Source of the DNA: Octopus vulgaris
Lineage: Eukaryota
Reading direction: 5' to 3'
Length of the DNA: 64,000 nucleotides
Assembly (NCBI GenBank): GCA_951406725.2
Contig: OX597814.1
Coordinates: forward strand, 140,616,001 to 140,680,000
Made by a program: the position numbers and the translations under genes. The notes below the pieces were generated by a model. That model made no database searches. It was given only the letters and a program-made list of their open reading frames with translations, and was not told the DNA's origin. Shown here piece by piece: positions 51,951 through 64,000 of this stretch (its first letter is position 1; the number at the start of each line of letters is the position of its first letter).

Positions 51951-54633
51951 AGCTACTACTACTACAGTTTTAACTAAACCGACACTTTTTAGTGCTACAG
52001 ATTAATGTGCCTTAAAACTTCAATTTCAACATTGATGAGGTTTCTATTTTAAGAGAAAGCCTTTATAAACATCGTAATAATAAATTAAGATGCTGTTATG
52101 AAAATGTACCGATAAATACGCAACTAAATTATGCTTCCATCATTATGCAGATTTACATTTATTTTAACAGGACTTTTTTTAAGAGGGGGGAGATTGATGA
52201 TGTAAAAATATCTTTTATTTGTACTTTAACAAAATATGAATGAAAATAATTATTATTATGAATATGATTTCGGTAAAATTATCTCGATATCAATAAACAT
52301 AACGGCAATTGTTAATGCATATTTCTACAGTGAACCATGTGCCGGTTAAACAGGACTACACTGTCTCTTGTTAAAAAATTGTACTCACTCACTTATACTG
52401 CATATAATTTCAGCATTAAGATGACCAATATACAAGGACTATATATATTTAATAGCAACAAGGGAAAATGAAAACAAATTTACATTTCAAAGAAAACACT
52501 CTTATTTTAATTTAGATGCGATTCTAAGCATAGGTCATAAAATATATATATCTATAAAAAATATTTTGAATATTTTCTGAGAGGAATAATTCGATGTGCT
52601 ACGGAAAACCACAAGAAGGTAAAATTTCGTTGAGGGTATTTTTGCATGCTACAAGGAAAAAAAAAAAAGAATCCCCTCTTACCTAAAAAAAAAAAGGGCT
52701 TAAAACAAGGGTGGACATGCGAACTTACACGTGACAGTGCTCCCCAATATCAAGAACAAGGCGTAAGTCATTTCAGAACAATGTTAACGAACATTAATAT
52801 AGATATAACAGGAATAGAAATTTTAATGTACGGATGATCTGTTTAGGTACATATTGATACAAATATTCAATTTGCTGATTATAATTGTATTTAGAACTGA
52901 TCCCTCAGATCTCAAATCGCTCTGCCATAACCACACTTGGAACTAAGAAGCTGAAACACTTACCGATACGAAGATTTTTTTTCGCCTTTTTTTCCAAAGT
53001 AGGAGCTAAAAGAATAATTTGAAGGCCAGCAATTAATTCTTAGGTCAGGTTAAACAACGCGTGCTTCGCGAAATTTTTTTAAGGAAGCACCTTCAGGCGA
53101 AATAAAGGACTTCTAAATCCAGGTTCTGTGTAACCTTGAATCTCTGTCGTCACATGTGATATGCACGTCTAGTTCAGTAACTAAGGGGCCATCACCAGTC
53201 TTCAATGTTATTTTCATATCTCTAACAAACAAGAGTAGAAACCACGTCAGATTTAATAATTTATTTCCTAAATAATTTAACGATGTTAATTTTCATTTTA
53301 ATTATTTTTAATTGCGAGCATATTTTTAAGGGACTTTTTTCTTGCTAATAAATAGGTAAAGTTATAGTTATTTTGTGCGGAGTTGTTGTTCAAGTGACGC
53401 ATAACGCCCCGGGACTCCCTGCCAAGGTAGGGGTAACTCCCGAGCTTTTCGGTGCTATAGCAAAATGTTGCTGTTGTCGTCCTCTGTTACTACTACCTTG
53501 ATGTCTAAAACATATCTTTGACATTATCTATCAGTGAAATCGAAGTGTCATGCGGTTTAGTTTTTTTTTTATTTTACTGTCAAACTTATTTTATCACACA
53601 CCACGCTGCTACATAAGTAACTATTGTACATCGCCATTTCTACGTTTATGTCGTGCATAAGAACAAGTCGAGTCCCTTAACTCTTACTTAACTATCGTCG
53701 GATGCTACGTTTTATATTTGTTTAATTATAATACCATAGGTCATCGAATTATAATTCTGTATCTTTGATAATGCAGTTGTCTTATACAGTGATTTACTTT
53801 ACGCATGCATTCTCTCTTTCATATTTACTTTATCTCGTATATATTTTCTCTGTCTCACGCTCTCTATACACTGTTTTCTTCACATACATAAACACACGTG
53901 AATAGAATTACCTATTGTCTCCATTTAAGGATAGATAAAATGTAAGAATATTTTTAAAAAGTTACATATATGATTTTTTTTTTATCTAACCATATTTTCA
54001 CTAGCTATCCTTTTATTCCATGACACCGGATCACTGATGAATGTGACACAGCAGAGGTCATAAGGGAACAACATTTGATAACCTCATTTTTTTCACGTGT
54101 TGGCTTACAAAAATTAATAGTAAAAAAAAAAGACATCTCTATTTTAATGTTTTTCTCAGATTTTTACAATTAAAGTAAATGTCTGCAATGAACTACTGGT
54201 TTATTAAAGAAATGATTGATTCTTTGTAAAAGTTTTGAGAACAATTTTTTTTCTAATGTTACAAGTAAATCACTTTTTTTTTTTTTGCTTTATTGTTTCT
54301 AGAAAATTCGTAAGACTAATGATAGCATTATTATTAGTGTCAATTCAGATTTGCTCATGCGCTCTTGTAGAACATGAAACTAAGTCATCATGTAATCATT
54401 TCTCAGACTGTCCTTCACTTGTCCAATAAGGTCTTCTCAGTTCACGTTCGTCACCCGTTAGAAATAGCAGTCGACTAATTTTTACACTAACTTATTTAAA
54501 AATAATAATGTATAAATCCAATCATTTTTGTCATAGTTTAAATACCTGAAAATAAAAAGGGATGGTCTTCCCTGGAATGTATTTGATCAAAGGTCGTTTA
54601 CTTAGGAGTTTAGGCTGCTGAAATGAAAGGGAA

Positions 54634-54802
54634 GAGCTGGTAGAATCGTTAGCACGCCGGACGAGTTCAAATACCTCCAAGGTCGATTTCGCCTTTCATC
54701 CGTTCGTGTTCGATAAATTAAATACCAGTTTTAACACTGGGTCGATGTAATCGACTTGTCTCCTGCTCCCGAAATTGCTGGGTTTGTGCCAAAATTTGAA
54801 AC
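54634..54802 (+). mobile_element. tRNA-derived SINE of the second family (CpG-intact copy)
   Basis: gagctggtagaatcgttagcacgccgg...ggtcgatttcgcctttcatccgttcgtgttcgataaattaaataccag. Confidence 0.75.
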
Positions 54803-55703
54803 TAGTACATGTTATAATTAAATTATATATATTATACACTTTACTGTGTTTTATGTGCGTGATCCCCCCCGACCGTGGGGAAATGGTCTTGCATGAAATC
54901 GGTCTGTGGTGCAAAAATGCTTGGGAATTGCTACCCGAGAAGAAATGACATATCCGAAAGGTTTAACATCCAATGGAAGGATCGGAATGAATAACAGCTA
55001 TTTAATCCAGCTGTCCCGTTTGTGTACTTACCCCTCAACTTTTGGGAACATTATAAAGACTCAAGAATCTTCTAATTCATTTTGAGCCACGTTTTGGAAA
55101 ATATTTGTTAATCCCCCTGCAAGGCCCTCTTTAAATCTTGCTTAAAAAAAAAAAGACTATGAAAAACCTTGCCAGTAAGAAGTCCTCAATTACAATTCCA
55201 TTCACACTTGGGATGCTTTAAAGAGAGAAAAAAAATCGAAACTTAGCATTAAATGTCAACTTAATAAGGATTTCAGCTTCGTAAGATTGAAAATGTGCAA
55301 AATTGGGGAAACCTTACAAATTTGCTAACTTTAGTATTTTCTTTCCTTCGTATAGCTACGTTTTTATAAAATGCTAGATATGCGGTCCCTTTATGATTTT
55401 CTTTGCCTTTTTCCCAGATCGATAACATAAGTACCAGTTAAATAAAACGGTGAATTTCATTGACTACACTACTCCCTTAAGGTTTGTGATTCAACGCTTG
55501 TTAGAATTATCTGTTATACTATAAATAAATAAATAGAAAATGAAAGATCAATCTTATTCGTTTTCAGGTTTCAGAAATTATATTGCGGTCATGGAGGAGC
55601 ACACTTCCAAAAATTTTTAGTCGCTACGTATTTTATCGACCTTGGAAGAGAAGAGGGAAGCAAAGTGGAGCTTAGTGGAAAATGAACTAAGGGACACAAT
55701 TAA

Positions 55704-56048
55704 GGGGAAATATTGCCATACATGGAAGCAGGTGTGGTTTGTCGCCAGGGCGGGCCTCCAGCCGACGAGAATCTCTTTCAACGAATTCCATCTGACCCAT
55801 ACATAGAAAAGTGGACATTAAAATGATGCCGACGATATATATATGATAATTGGACAATAAAACGTATGGTTTACACCAGGTATCTTACTGGTAAAGCACA
55901 GTCACTTTCAATCGGTCGGCATCATTTTAAAGTCCATTCTTCTATGCTTGTATGGGTCAGACTGAATTCGTTGAAGCAGATTTTCTTCGGCTGGAGGCCC
56001 GTCCTGGCGACAAACCAAACTTGCTTCCAGGTATGGTAATATTTCGCC
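55704..56048. repeat. Inverted repeat of SINE tails, arms about 130 bp, spacer about 80 bp
   Basis: 55704-55833 is the approximate reverse complement of 55915-56048. Confidence 0.8.
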
Positions 56049-56689
56049 ATGACTGACACATGATGTCCAGATTAAGATACAAACACGCACGCGCATACAC
56101 ACATCTATTATAATAATACTCTTATGTCTTTCTCCGTGACTTCATATGGATGAGAAAGGAAGGGTTAATGGTAAACTAGTGGTGGGAACGTTTTAACGCT
56201 GTGTTAGTATATGTGTGTATGTAAAAGGGAGGTATGTGTGTGTGCAATGGAAGTAGGAACGCTGAAAAGAAAAATCAAACTGCGCTTCAACTCTGTGAGT
56301 GTACAAGGAAAGTATGTGAATGCTTGTATGTGAGAATTGGCGTTCTTTCAATGACAAACGGACAGCCACTAGATAACATTGACAAGTGTATTAATTTGAA
56401 TTACCATCCATATTTTTATATAAAATACTACAATTAGCCGTCATCTTTGATGGCACGGGGCCAGCTACTATACATATAATACTTTTACTTGTTTCAGTCA
56501 TTAGACGAATCTACCCCAGTACTTAATTTTTTTTTTTTTTAAGTTTGGTACTTATTTGATCATTCTCTTTTTGCCGAACCGCACCGCTAAGATATGGGAA
56601 CGTAAACAAATCAACACCGGTTGTCAAGCAGTGATGGTGGGCAAACAAAATCACACACATATATATTTGTGTGTGTATATATATGCATA

Positions 56690-57020
56690 CAGGCGTGGCT
56701 GTGTGGTAAGAAGCTTGGGTCCGGGTTCAGTCCCACTGCATAACACCTTCGGCAAGTGTCTTTTACTATAACCTTGAGCTGACCAAACCCCTGTGAGTGG
56801 ATTTGGTTGACAGAAACTGAAAGAAGCCCGTCATATATATGTGTGTTTGTGTCTGTATTTGTCTCCCCACATCGCTTGACAACCGATGCGGTTCGGCAAA
56901 AGAGACAGAATAAGTACTAAGCTTGCAAAGAATAAGTTAGGGGTTGATTTATTTGACTAAGATCCATTAAGGTGGTGCTTCAGCATGGCCACAGTCAAAT
57001 GACTAATGAATAAAAGAAAT
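56690..57020 (+). mobile_element. SINE (OR-like), tail-to-tail with the next copy
   Basis: gtggctgtgtggtaag A-box, gggttcagtcccac B-box, cagcatggccacagtc tail. Confidence 0.8.
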
Positions 57021-57026
57021 ACTGCT

Positions 57027-57480
57027 TTCAGTTATTGGACTATGGCCATGCTGGAGCCCCACTTTTAGTCAAATGAATCCACCTCAGTGCTGATTTATTT
57101 TTAAGCCTGGTGTTTATTGTATCTGTGTTTTGCTGATTTGATAAATTACAGAGATGTAAACAAACCAACACCCTTTGGTGGGGGAGACAGACATGTGCAC
57201 ATATATATATATAGGAGGCAAGCACAAACATCCCATGTGGAAGGCTTGATAATTGTAGAGAGATTTTTCTCAACATGAAACCAATGGTAGCCTTGTTAAC
57301 TCACATTATATATATGTGTGTATGACAGACTTCTTTCAGTTTCTATTTAGCAAATCCACTCACAAGGGTTTGTTCAGAATGGTGCCATAGAAGAAGATAC
57401 CTGCTCAAGGTGCCACACACTGGACTGAATGTAAAACCATGTGGTTGTGAAGCAAACTACTTACTATACAGCTGTGACTG
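57027..57480 (-). mobile_element. SINE (OR-like), inverted
   Basis: Reverse complement of the same head and tail motifs. Confidence 0.75.
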
Positions 57481-57958
57481 CCATAAATATGTATATATAA
57501 GTATATTAATGCACACACACATATATATTTTTCTGTATGACTACATTACAATTTTCATAAGCTATAACTACTAAAAGTCACACATTTGTATAAAAATTGT
57601 CAACTAACCCCTAAAACAAATTCTACCAAAGAACAATAAAACAAAATAACTCACACTGTCCTAGATCAACAAAACTAATTAAAGAAGATCACGACAATGA
57701 GTGGAGAAATTAACAAAGAAGTAAAATATATTTAATATAACTGAAGAACTCCCTTCATCAGCTGCCAATTGGATGTCAACATAATTTCTACACCTTAAGA
57801 TATCACTACTTCAAATATATATATATATATATACATAATATACGTACATACATATTTCATTCCATAGTGTCACCTAACACTCCATTGTACCCCTAGCACG
57901 AAACTGATTGGTAAGATTGATCGTGATAGATATATAATACTTCAGATAATATATACTA

Positions 57959-58014
<56 letters not shown>

Positions 58015-60737
58015 AACATACATATATATATATACATATATATATACACACACATATATATATAATGCTTGGGCTCACAACCTCTGATTGGGACATTGAG
58101 GGGTGCCACCTTAATATAACGTGCCTTTTGGTCATTTTTAGATATGACAGAACCCATCTTTTTCTAGAAAGAGATTTGACCTCATTACAGGACTGGTACA
58201 TTATATATCAAACCTGTAAGGCAAAATTGACCTTAGCAGCATTAGGGCTCAGAGTGTAGGGAGCCGGTGTGAACACCACAAGGTAAATACTTTGGCTCTC
58301 TGGTAATCTATCTGACAACTCACCATTGAACACCTCACACTCACATACATGTATATATAGAGATATGGTCTGTACTGATATATGCAGGGCTGGACTAAGA
58401 CAAGCCCTTAAAACATTTTGGTGCCTCCACATATAATATATATATATATATTCCTCCCCACCACTACAAACTCAATGCCACTATAAAATGATCAAAACTT
58501 TTCACACAGGAACTTAGTTTGATTTGAAAACCCCACTAGAATGGGAGAAAGCGCTAATACATGATCTAAGTTATATGATGTATAAAAAATGTAATATAAA
58601 AATAAATATCTGTAAATATAAACCATCCGATTTTCTGGGTACCTCATTTCTTCTAATATAAAATACCTGTACATCATCTCCAAACCTTCCAGTATATATA
58701 TATATATATATATATAATTCAAAATATAAACAATAATAAAACATAAAATAAATATTTATTTTTCAAAATGAAACAAAACTAACAGTAAGATGGAAAATAA
58801 TGTGAATTTTTGTGTACTCCCATGTTATCTATATCTAAAAAGTTGTCTACTTTTTGATCGGATCCTCACTGACACCATGAGCACTTCAAAATTATTTCCA
58901 ATCGTATAAACTACTTCGAATATTATTTTAGCAAATCTAAAGTGATTTCTTTTGTACTGTAAACTATTTACTATTTCTTTGGTGCCCCCCCCCACTTCCC
59001 TTATTGGCTTAAGTACATGCTTATTTTGCGTAATGCTTAATCCAACGCTGAATATACATATATAATTATATATAGTTGTATATTCATATGTATGCTTACG
59101 TGTGAATGTATCTATGTACATATGTATCTAAGTGTATTTCTTTTATTTTAGACATCATACGTACATGTACGTATAAATACACATACACACATACATGCGT
59201 ATGTATGTATATATATATATATGATTAAGTAAAATACAAAATAATATTGTCGTATTAGCCATAATATACCCAATCACTGAGTGCCTGTTTTTGTGACTCA
59301 TGGTTTTTTTAGGCAACTGTACGCTATATACATATAAATGTAGCACACACACACCTAACGAATTTCCAGTGTTTCTGTCAACCAAATTTCATTCCCGGGA
59401 TGTTAGTTGATCCTAGTCTATGGAACAAAGCACTTTCCCCGAAGGTGCAGTGCAGGGTGCTTGAACATGAAACCATGCACCGCAGTGCATTTTGCAAAGC
59501 AAACTTTTGACCCCACATCTATATTTGCGCCCAACATAAAAGCTATCATAAATATATAATTTTTTTTTAATTCATTACGTTCGTTAAATTTAACTCGGGT
59601 ACCATACCCGTAAATGTTAAAGGAAAAATAAAAATCAGATTAAGTGATGTTCATAGCGTAAAAATAATTTTTTTTTTTCTAAAGCTTGTTAAATGAATTT
59701 TCCTCATACCGAGAATCGAAACCGTCGCAATTCCGTGTTGCTAGGCAGAAAATATACTGCAGTCTCTACAGTACTCTGTCTGTTCAAATGCACCAATTCA
59801 TACCCTGCGTGAATGTTTGAAATGTTAATGTACTTTTCTAGAATTTATAATCTCACTACAATGGGGTGGTGTGACCTTAGTGCTGTTTTTCTGTTAATGT
59901 TGTTTCCTCTTCCTCCCCATCAACTCTTGTGTAAATCTATGGTGAAAAGCGTTCCAATCATGACTACCTCATCTGATTTTCTTTTCTTTTCTTTTTTTTT
60001 TTTTTGCAACGTGATTTGACATAGATATAAACATCGCCATCCTGTAAGAGGTAAACTGCTGGGGAACTTTCGATTTTCCTTTTGTAACCGTTTCAGACCT
60101 GGCAAGCCATTAACATCACAGCTTCCCGGTCTCTTCCGTAACACGTAGCATTAGGCATAATATCTACATGAGAAATCAATATTTGCGCTATAGCGGTTTC
60201 GATTACTTCTAGAAACCGTATAACTTTCTTTTATTGATGCCTTTAGGAGAAAAAAAAAGGGGGTAGAGGGCATGATAATTGTACCATCGTACCCTCCGAG
60301 AATTTAGGGTTTACGTTTTCGGCGAGTAATCCTACAACATGGGTTCGCTGTTTAGTCGTTGGTGTGTATAGTGATGGAAAATAAATAATAGACAATCAGG
60401 ATCACAACCTGCCATCTATCCTTTTCGAGACGAAATGAAATAAGAAGGAAAAAATAAATAAATAAACATATCTCATCATGCTTATATTCTGAAATCAATA
60501 GCTATAGAATGGTATGTTATTAACTATTTGTAGTGGGGCTGTTATAGAGTTAAAATGACCACAGCAACGATCATGACATATATAAACACAAATCAGTGAC
60601 GAAGATAAAAAAATTACATGTTGAATTACATGTACGGTGTTAGTTGCCGGTGTGTTGTCTGTATATTAAGTTGTCCCAGTATACACACGTGGTTCTCACA
60701 TACATAATATACAGAAGCTCTCCATTCACTCACTCAC

Positions 60738-60835
60738 CAGCCATATTTGCCGCATTATTTACAGCTGTAAGGCACCGACGAAAACTGTTAACTTATCTAA
60801 GACCGAAAGAAAAATGTCTCAACTTAGTATCGATA
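60738..60835 (-). promoter_or_regulatory. Candidate distal promoter and alternative first exon
   Basis: DRE palindrome TATCGATA at 60828-60835, ACAGTT Inr-like motif at about 60783-60788, AATATGG in strong Kozak context (ATG 60744) and consensus donor CTG|gtgagt after 60738. Confidence 0.35.
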
Positions 60836-61500
60836 AAAAAACTCTATTACATCACATTTCTTTTAATTAATATCTTATCTGTTTTTAAATTTCACAATAA
60901 AAAAAAAAACTCATTGATACCTCTTTTTCCTCCCTTTACAACTTGCAGACATTCACTCACTGAGCTCAATTGGATGTAAATTAATTTCCTTAATTAAATA
61001 CGAAATAAATTTATTTAAAATTAATAAAAGTTTTATTAAAAGTAACTGAAATGTTAAGATTTTCTTTACCGAAAATATTTTTTCATTTTTTTAATTATAA
61101 TTTATTGAAATTACATCACGAAAACAACAGCCGTCACAGAATTCAAATGTAGTTAATTTTTTTTCTTCTTTTTTTTTTAAGTCTCCAGACGTGTTATTTA
61201 TTTATAAGCAATAAAATAAATCACCTATCATTTACAGTCTAATTATACTCGCTTAATTACTTAGTTTTCCTTTTACATTTTTTAATTCTTTTCGGATTCG
61301 TTATTATTATCAATGGATTTTCGTTGGTTTTTCTAAATTTTATTTTTAACGTAGACTTGATAAAGATGTGGCGTTCATGGTTTTCCAAGGTCGACATGAT
61401 GTATACACATTATATAATATATATGAATATACTGAATACATGCATATATCCTAATTTACTATTACACACATATATACTTGTGTATCAGTCAGGATGTATG

Positions 61501-61531
<31 letters not shown>

Positions 61532-63309
61532 GGGTAAAGTTCATAACAGTGTTGTATATACTCGATGCTAAAAATGTTCGTATACACACGTGTGCATGCA
61601 TATATGTATGTATGCATGCATGCATGGCATGATGCCTCGGATAATAAAAGCAATGCTCATGCTTTTTTTCATCAGTGTATTTATATATATGTGTGTGTGT
61701 GTGTACATATATTCATATATGTATGTATATATATAGAAAAAGAAAGCATGCGCGCATGTATGCACACACACACACATATATATATATATATACACGTGCG
61801 CGCGCACGCACACACACGAGCGTGCCTGCTATATATCATTCAGTACGTGTTTATTATATTTAAAATGTGTGTGTGTGTAACCTCAAGCTACTGACTGCAC
61901 TGTTAAATTAACAAGTTAGTCTTGAGCGATTAAGCTGCTATGTGGCAATCAGGACTTTGGTTAGTAACTCGTTGTACTTTTAAAGCAAGTGCAAACGTGA
62001 CACCACGAAGAGTAAAAGATTTGTTAGATGAATTTCACTCTTATATTTTACATGGAAAATATTGCAGGTGTGAAAAATAATCGTCATAGTCATCATCAGA
62101 ACTGTTATTTCAGTAATAATAGATGGTGGGTTTTGCCTAAGAAGTGAAATGACAGACTAGTTGCTTGGATGATGGGGTGAGGAAGGGGTGGGCAATACTT
62201 CGTAGGCTCACGGTTCTGAGTTCAAATCGTGTCACGGTTGGTAAAATAACTGCTAGTAATATCGGAGACCCATGTAGTTGATTATTATCTCGTGTGTTAG
62301 CTGGAGAAATAATGGGTTCGATTCATTATTCAAAACACATGGTGATGATACTTTAACTTGCGACGAGATACGGGGAGTGGGGTCCCTGGCATGGTCATTT
62401 AAAACACTAGAAAAAGCAGTCAAATTTCCCCTCAAGGTGCACTCTACTTTTTTTTTTGTTTTCTTAAAAATGGATAATGGGCGATACACCGGGTCAGAGC
62501 AGACCTGAAGTTAAGCAACATTTGACTTGGGTAATTTAAATGGAATAGAACAACCAAAACCAGTCAATCAAAAGAAAGTGGAATTAATTAGTATTTAGCC
62601 TGTGAACTAATTACACAAGCATGAGTCTGCATTTTCGTTTAGCAGGTCTAATGCTTCGATACTCGGTTGCAACTACGAACCAATTCATGCTGTTAATGAT
62701 ACTGAGAAATACATGGAGATCATAACATCTCGTTTTCACCTCGTCTACAAACATATGGCCTAAATGCCTTATAAAATAAAAGACAAACCTCCGCCCCATA
62801 TCTGACAGATATTATATTCACGTGCTTCCAAAAAGTTCAGTTAAAGGAATGTAAAGATAATCGAGGACTTCAAGCAATTTTTACTTTTCATCTTGATTTA
62901 AACATCATTATTATTATAATTATATACTTTCAATCTTTTTCCCTAAGTTTCATTATTCTGGTTATCCGAGTTGTCTTTAATAAAATGTAATTCAAACCAA
63001 AAAGCTAAGGTCTATGGGACGGTCGATAGTTCGGAGTTCTATGAAGTCTGTGATGTCGAGTTCGACGGGCATTAGTTATAACCTTTTTATCCTTCTAAAG
63101 GTCAGTAAATTACAAATAACTTGCCGCATGTATGTCAGGAAACTGCAACAATAATGGTGTCCACCCCTACTTATATATATGGAATACATGTCAAACTTAA
63201 GTGACGACATTAACAACAAATCACTCCTTCAAGCCGACTCGTGTAACATCAACCCACGCTAAACAGATACACATCCTCAAACAACCCCTCTCTCTCTCTT
63301 TCTCTCTCT

Positions 63310-63570
63310 CATTCTCTCAGTCATTTGACTACGGCCATGCTGGAGTACCGCATTGAAAGATTTAGTCGGAAACAAATTGACATCGAGTAATTTTTTTTTT
63401 AAGACTGGTACTTATTCTATCAATACCATATGCTGAACAGCTAAGTTATGGGGACGTAAACAAACCAACACCGGTTGTCAAGCGGTAGACAGACACAAAG
63501 ACACACAGATAAATATGCATGTATGTACATACCATAGGCTTCACACAGTTTCCTTACCAAGTTCACTCAA
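63310..63570 (-). mobile_element. SINE (OR-like), 5'-truncated
   Basis: cagtcatttgactacggccatgctggag...aacaccggttgtcaagcgg. Confidence 0.7.
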
Positions 63571-64000
63571 TAAATAAATAAAGTACTGGGTCTGATTTAT
63601 TCGAGACTAAAATCTTCAGGGCGGTGACCCATTCTGGCTACAGTTCGATGAATGAAACAAGTAGAATAACGAAAAATATTTTTCATAATGAAAAGCATCC
63701 ATTAATGGATAATCAGGCGGTCTTCGAATATCCGGGACTTAATTTGGAAAAGCATTGAGTGGCTCTCGGTTTGCTAAAAATACCAGCCAAATCACTCTCA
63801 AATTACATATGATTCTGTAGCATAGCTGGATGGAAGGCAATAGGGAATCACTTTTGGTTTTGCATTATAAGTATATATTAGCTGTATTGATCCAGGGTGT
63901 GGGGAAACTCATGGGGTGCCCTGGGTGGCACATACAAGCTACGTTACTTATCCGACTAGACACATTAAATAATATGGTCCTACGTGATGGACAGTGCTGA

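Noticed and set aside
57735-57766. CTGATGAAGGG on the minus strand, resembling a Penelope-associated hammerhead
   Set aside because: There is no GAAA core downstream. At most it is a decayed remnant.
247-62799. Short ORFs in the supplied ORF track
   Set aside because: Apart from 5962..6441(-), which contains a LARP4 exon, and the 35873-36708 transposase fragments, they are translations of SINEs, microsatellites or AT-rich DNA with no recognisable domains.
52000-64000. A second protein-coding gene upstream
   Set aside because: I found no phase-consistent exon chain or recognisable protein motif on either strand.

Overview
AT-rich, repeat-dense eukaryotic genomic DNA. The tRNA-derived SINE families and the (TA)n/(CA)n/(GAT)n microsatellites suggest an octopus, which is an inference. 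The one protein-coding gene I can support is a LARP4/LARP4B-family La-related RNA-binding protein on the minus strand. Eight GT-AG coding exons (44886 down to 122) splice in consistent phase into 354 codons: an MTSD N-terminus, a PAM2 motif, a low-complexity linker, a La motif and RRM1. The gene continues off the left edge of the window. A probable promoter and non-coding first exon lie at about 51.76-51.95 kb, and several further candidate 5' exons (60738, 49702-49765, 20082-20150) could change the N-terminus just before PAM2. The introns and upstream region are full of SINEs, TTAA-targeting piggyBac-like non-autonomous elements, a decayed Tc1/mariner (maT-like) transposon and RTE LINE remnants. 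I see no clear novel multi-gene system. The best leads are the LARP4 motif state (canonical F-type PAM2 plus a largely intact La pocket), the alternative 5' exons, a near-identical inverted transposon pair flanking a candidate exon, a templated 130-bp insertion and a CpG boundary. Repeat coordinates are approximate unless target-site duplications are given.
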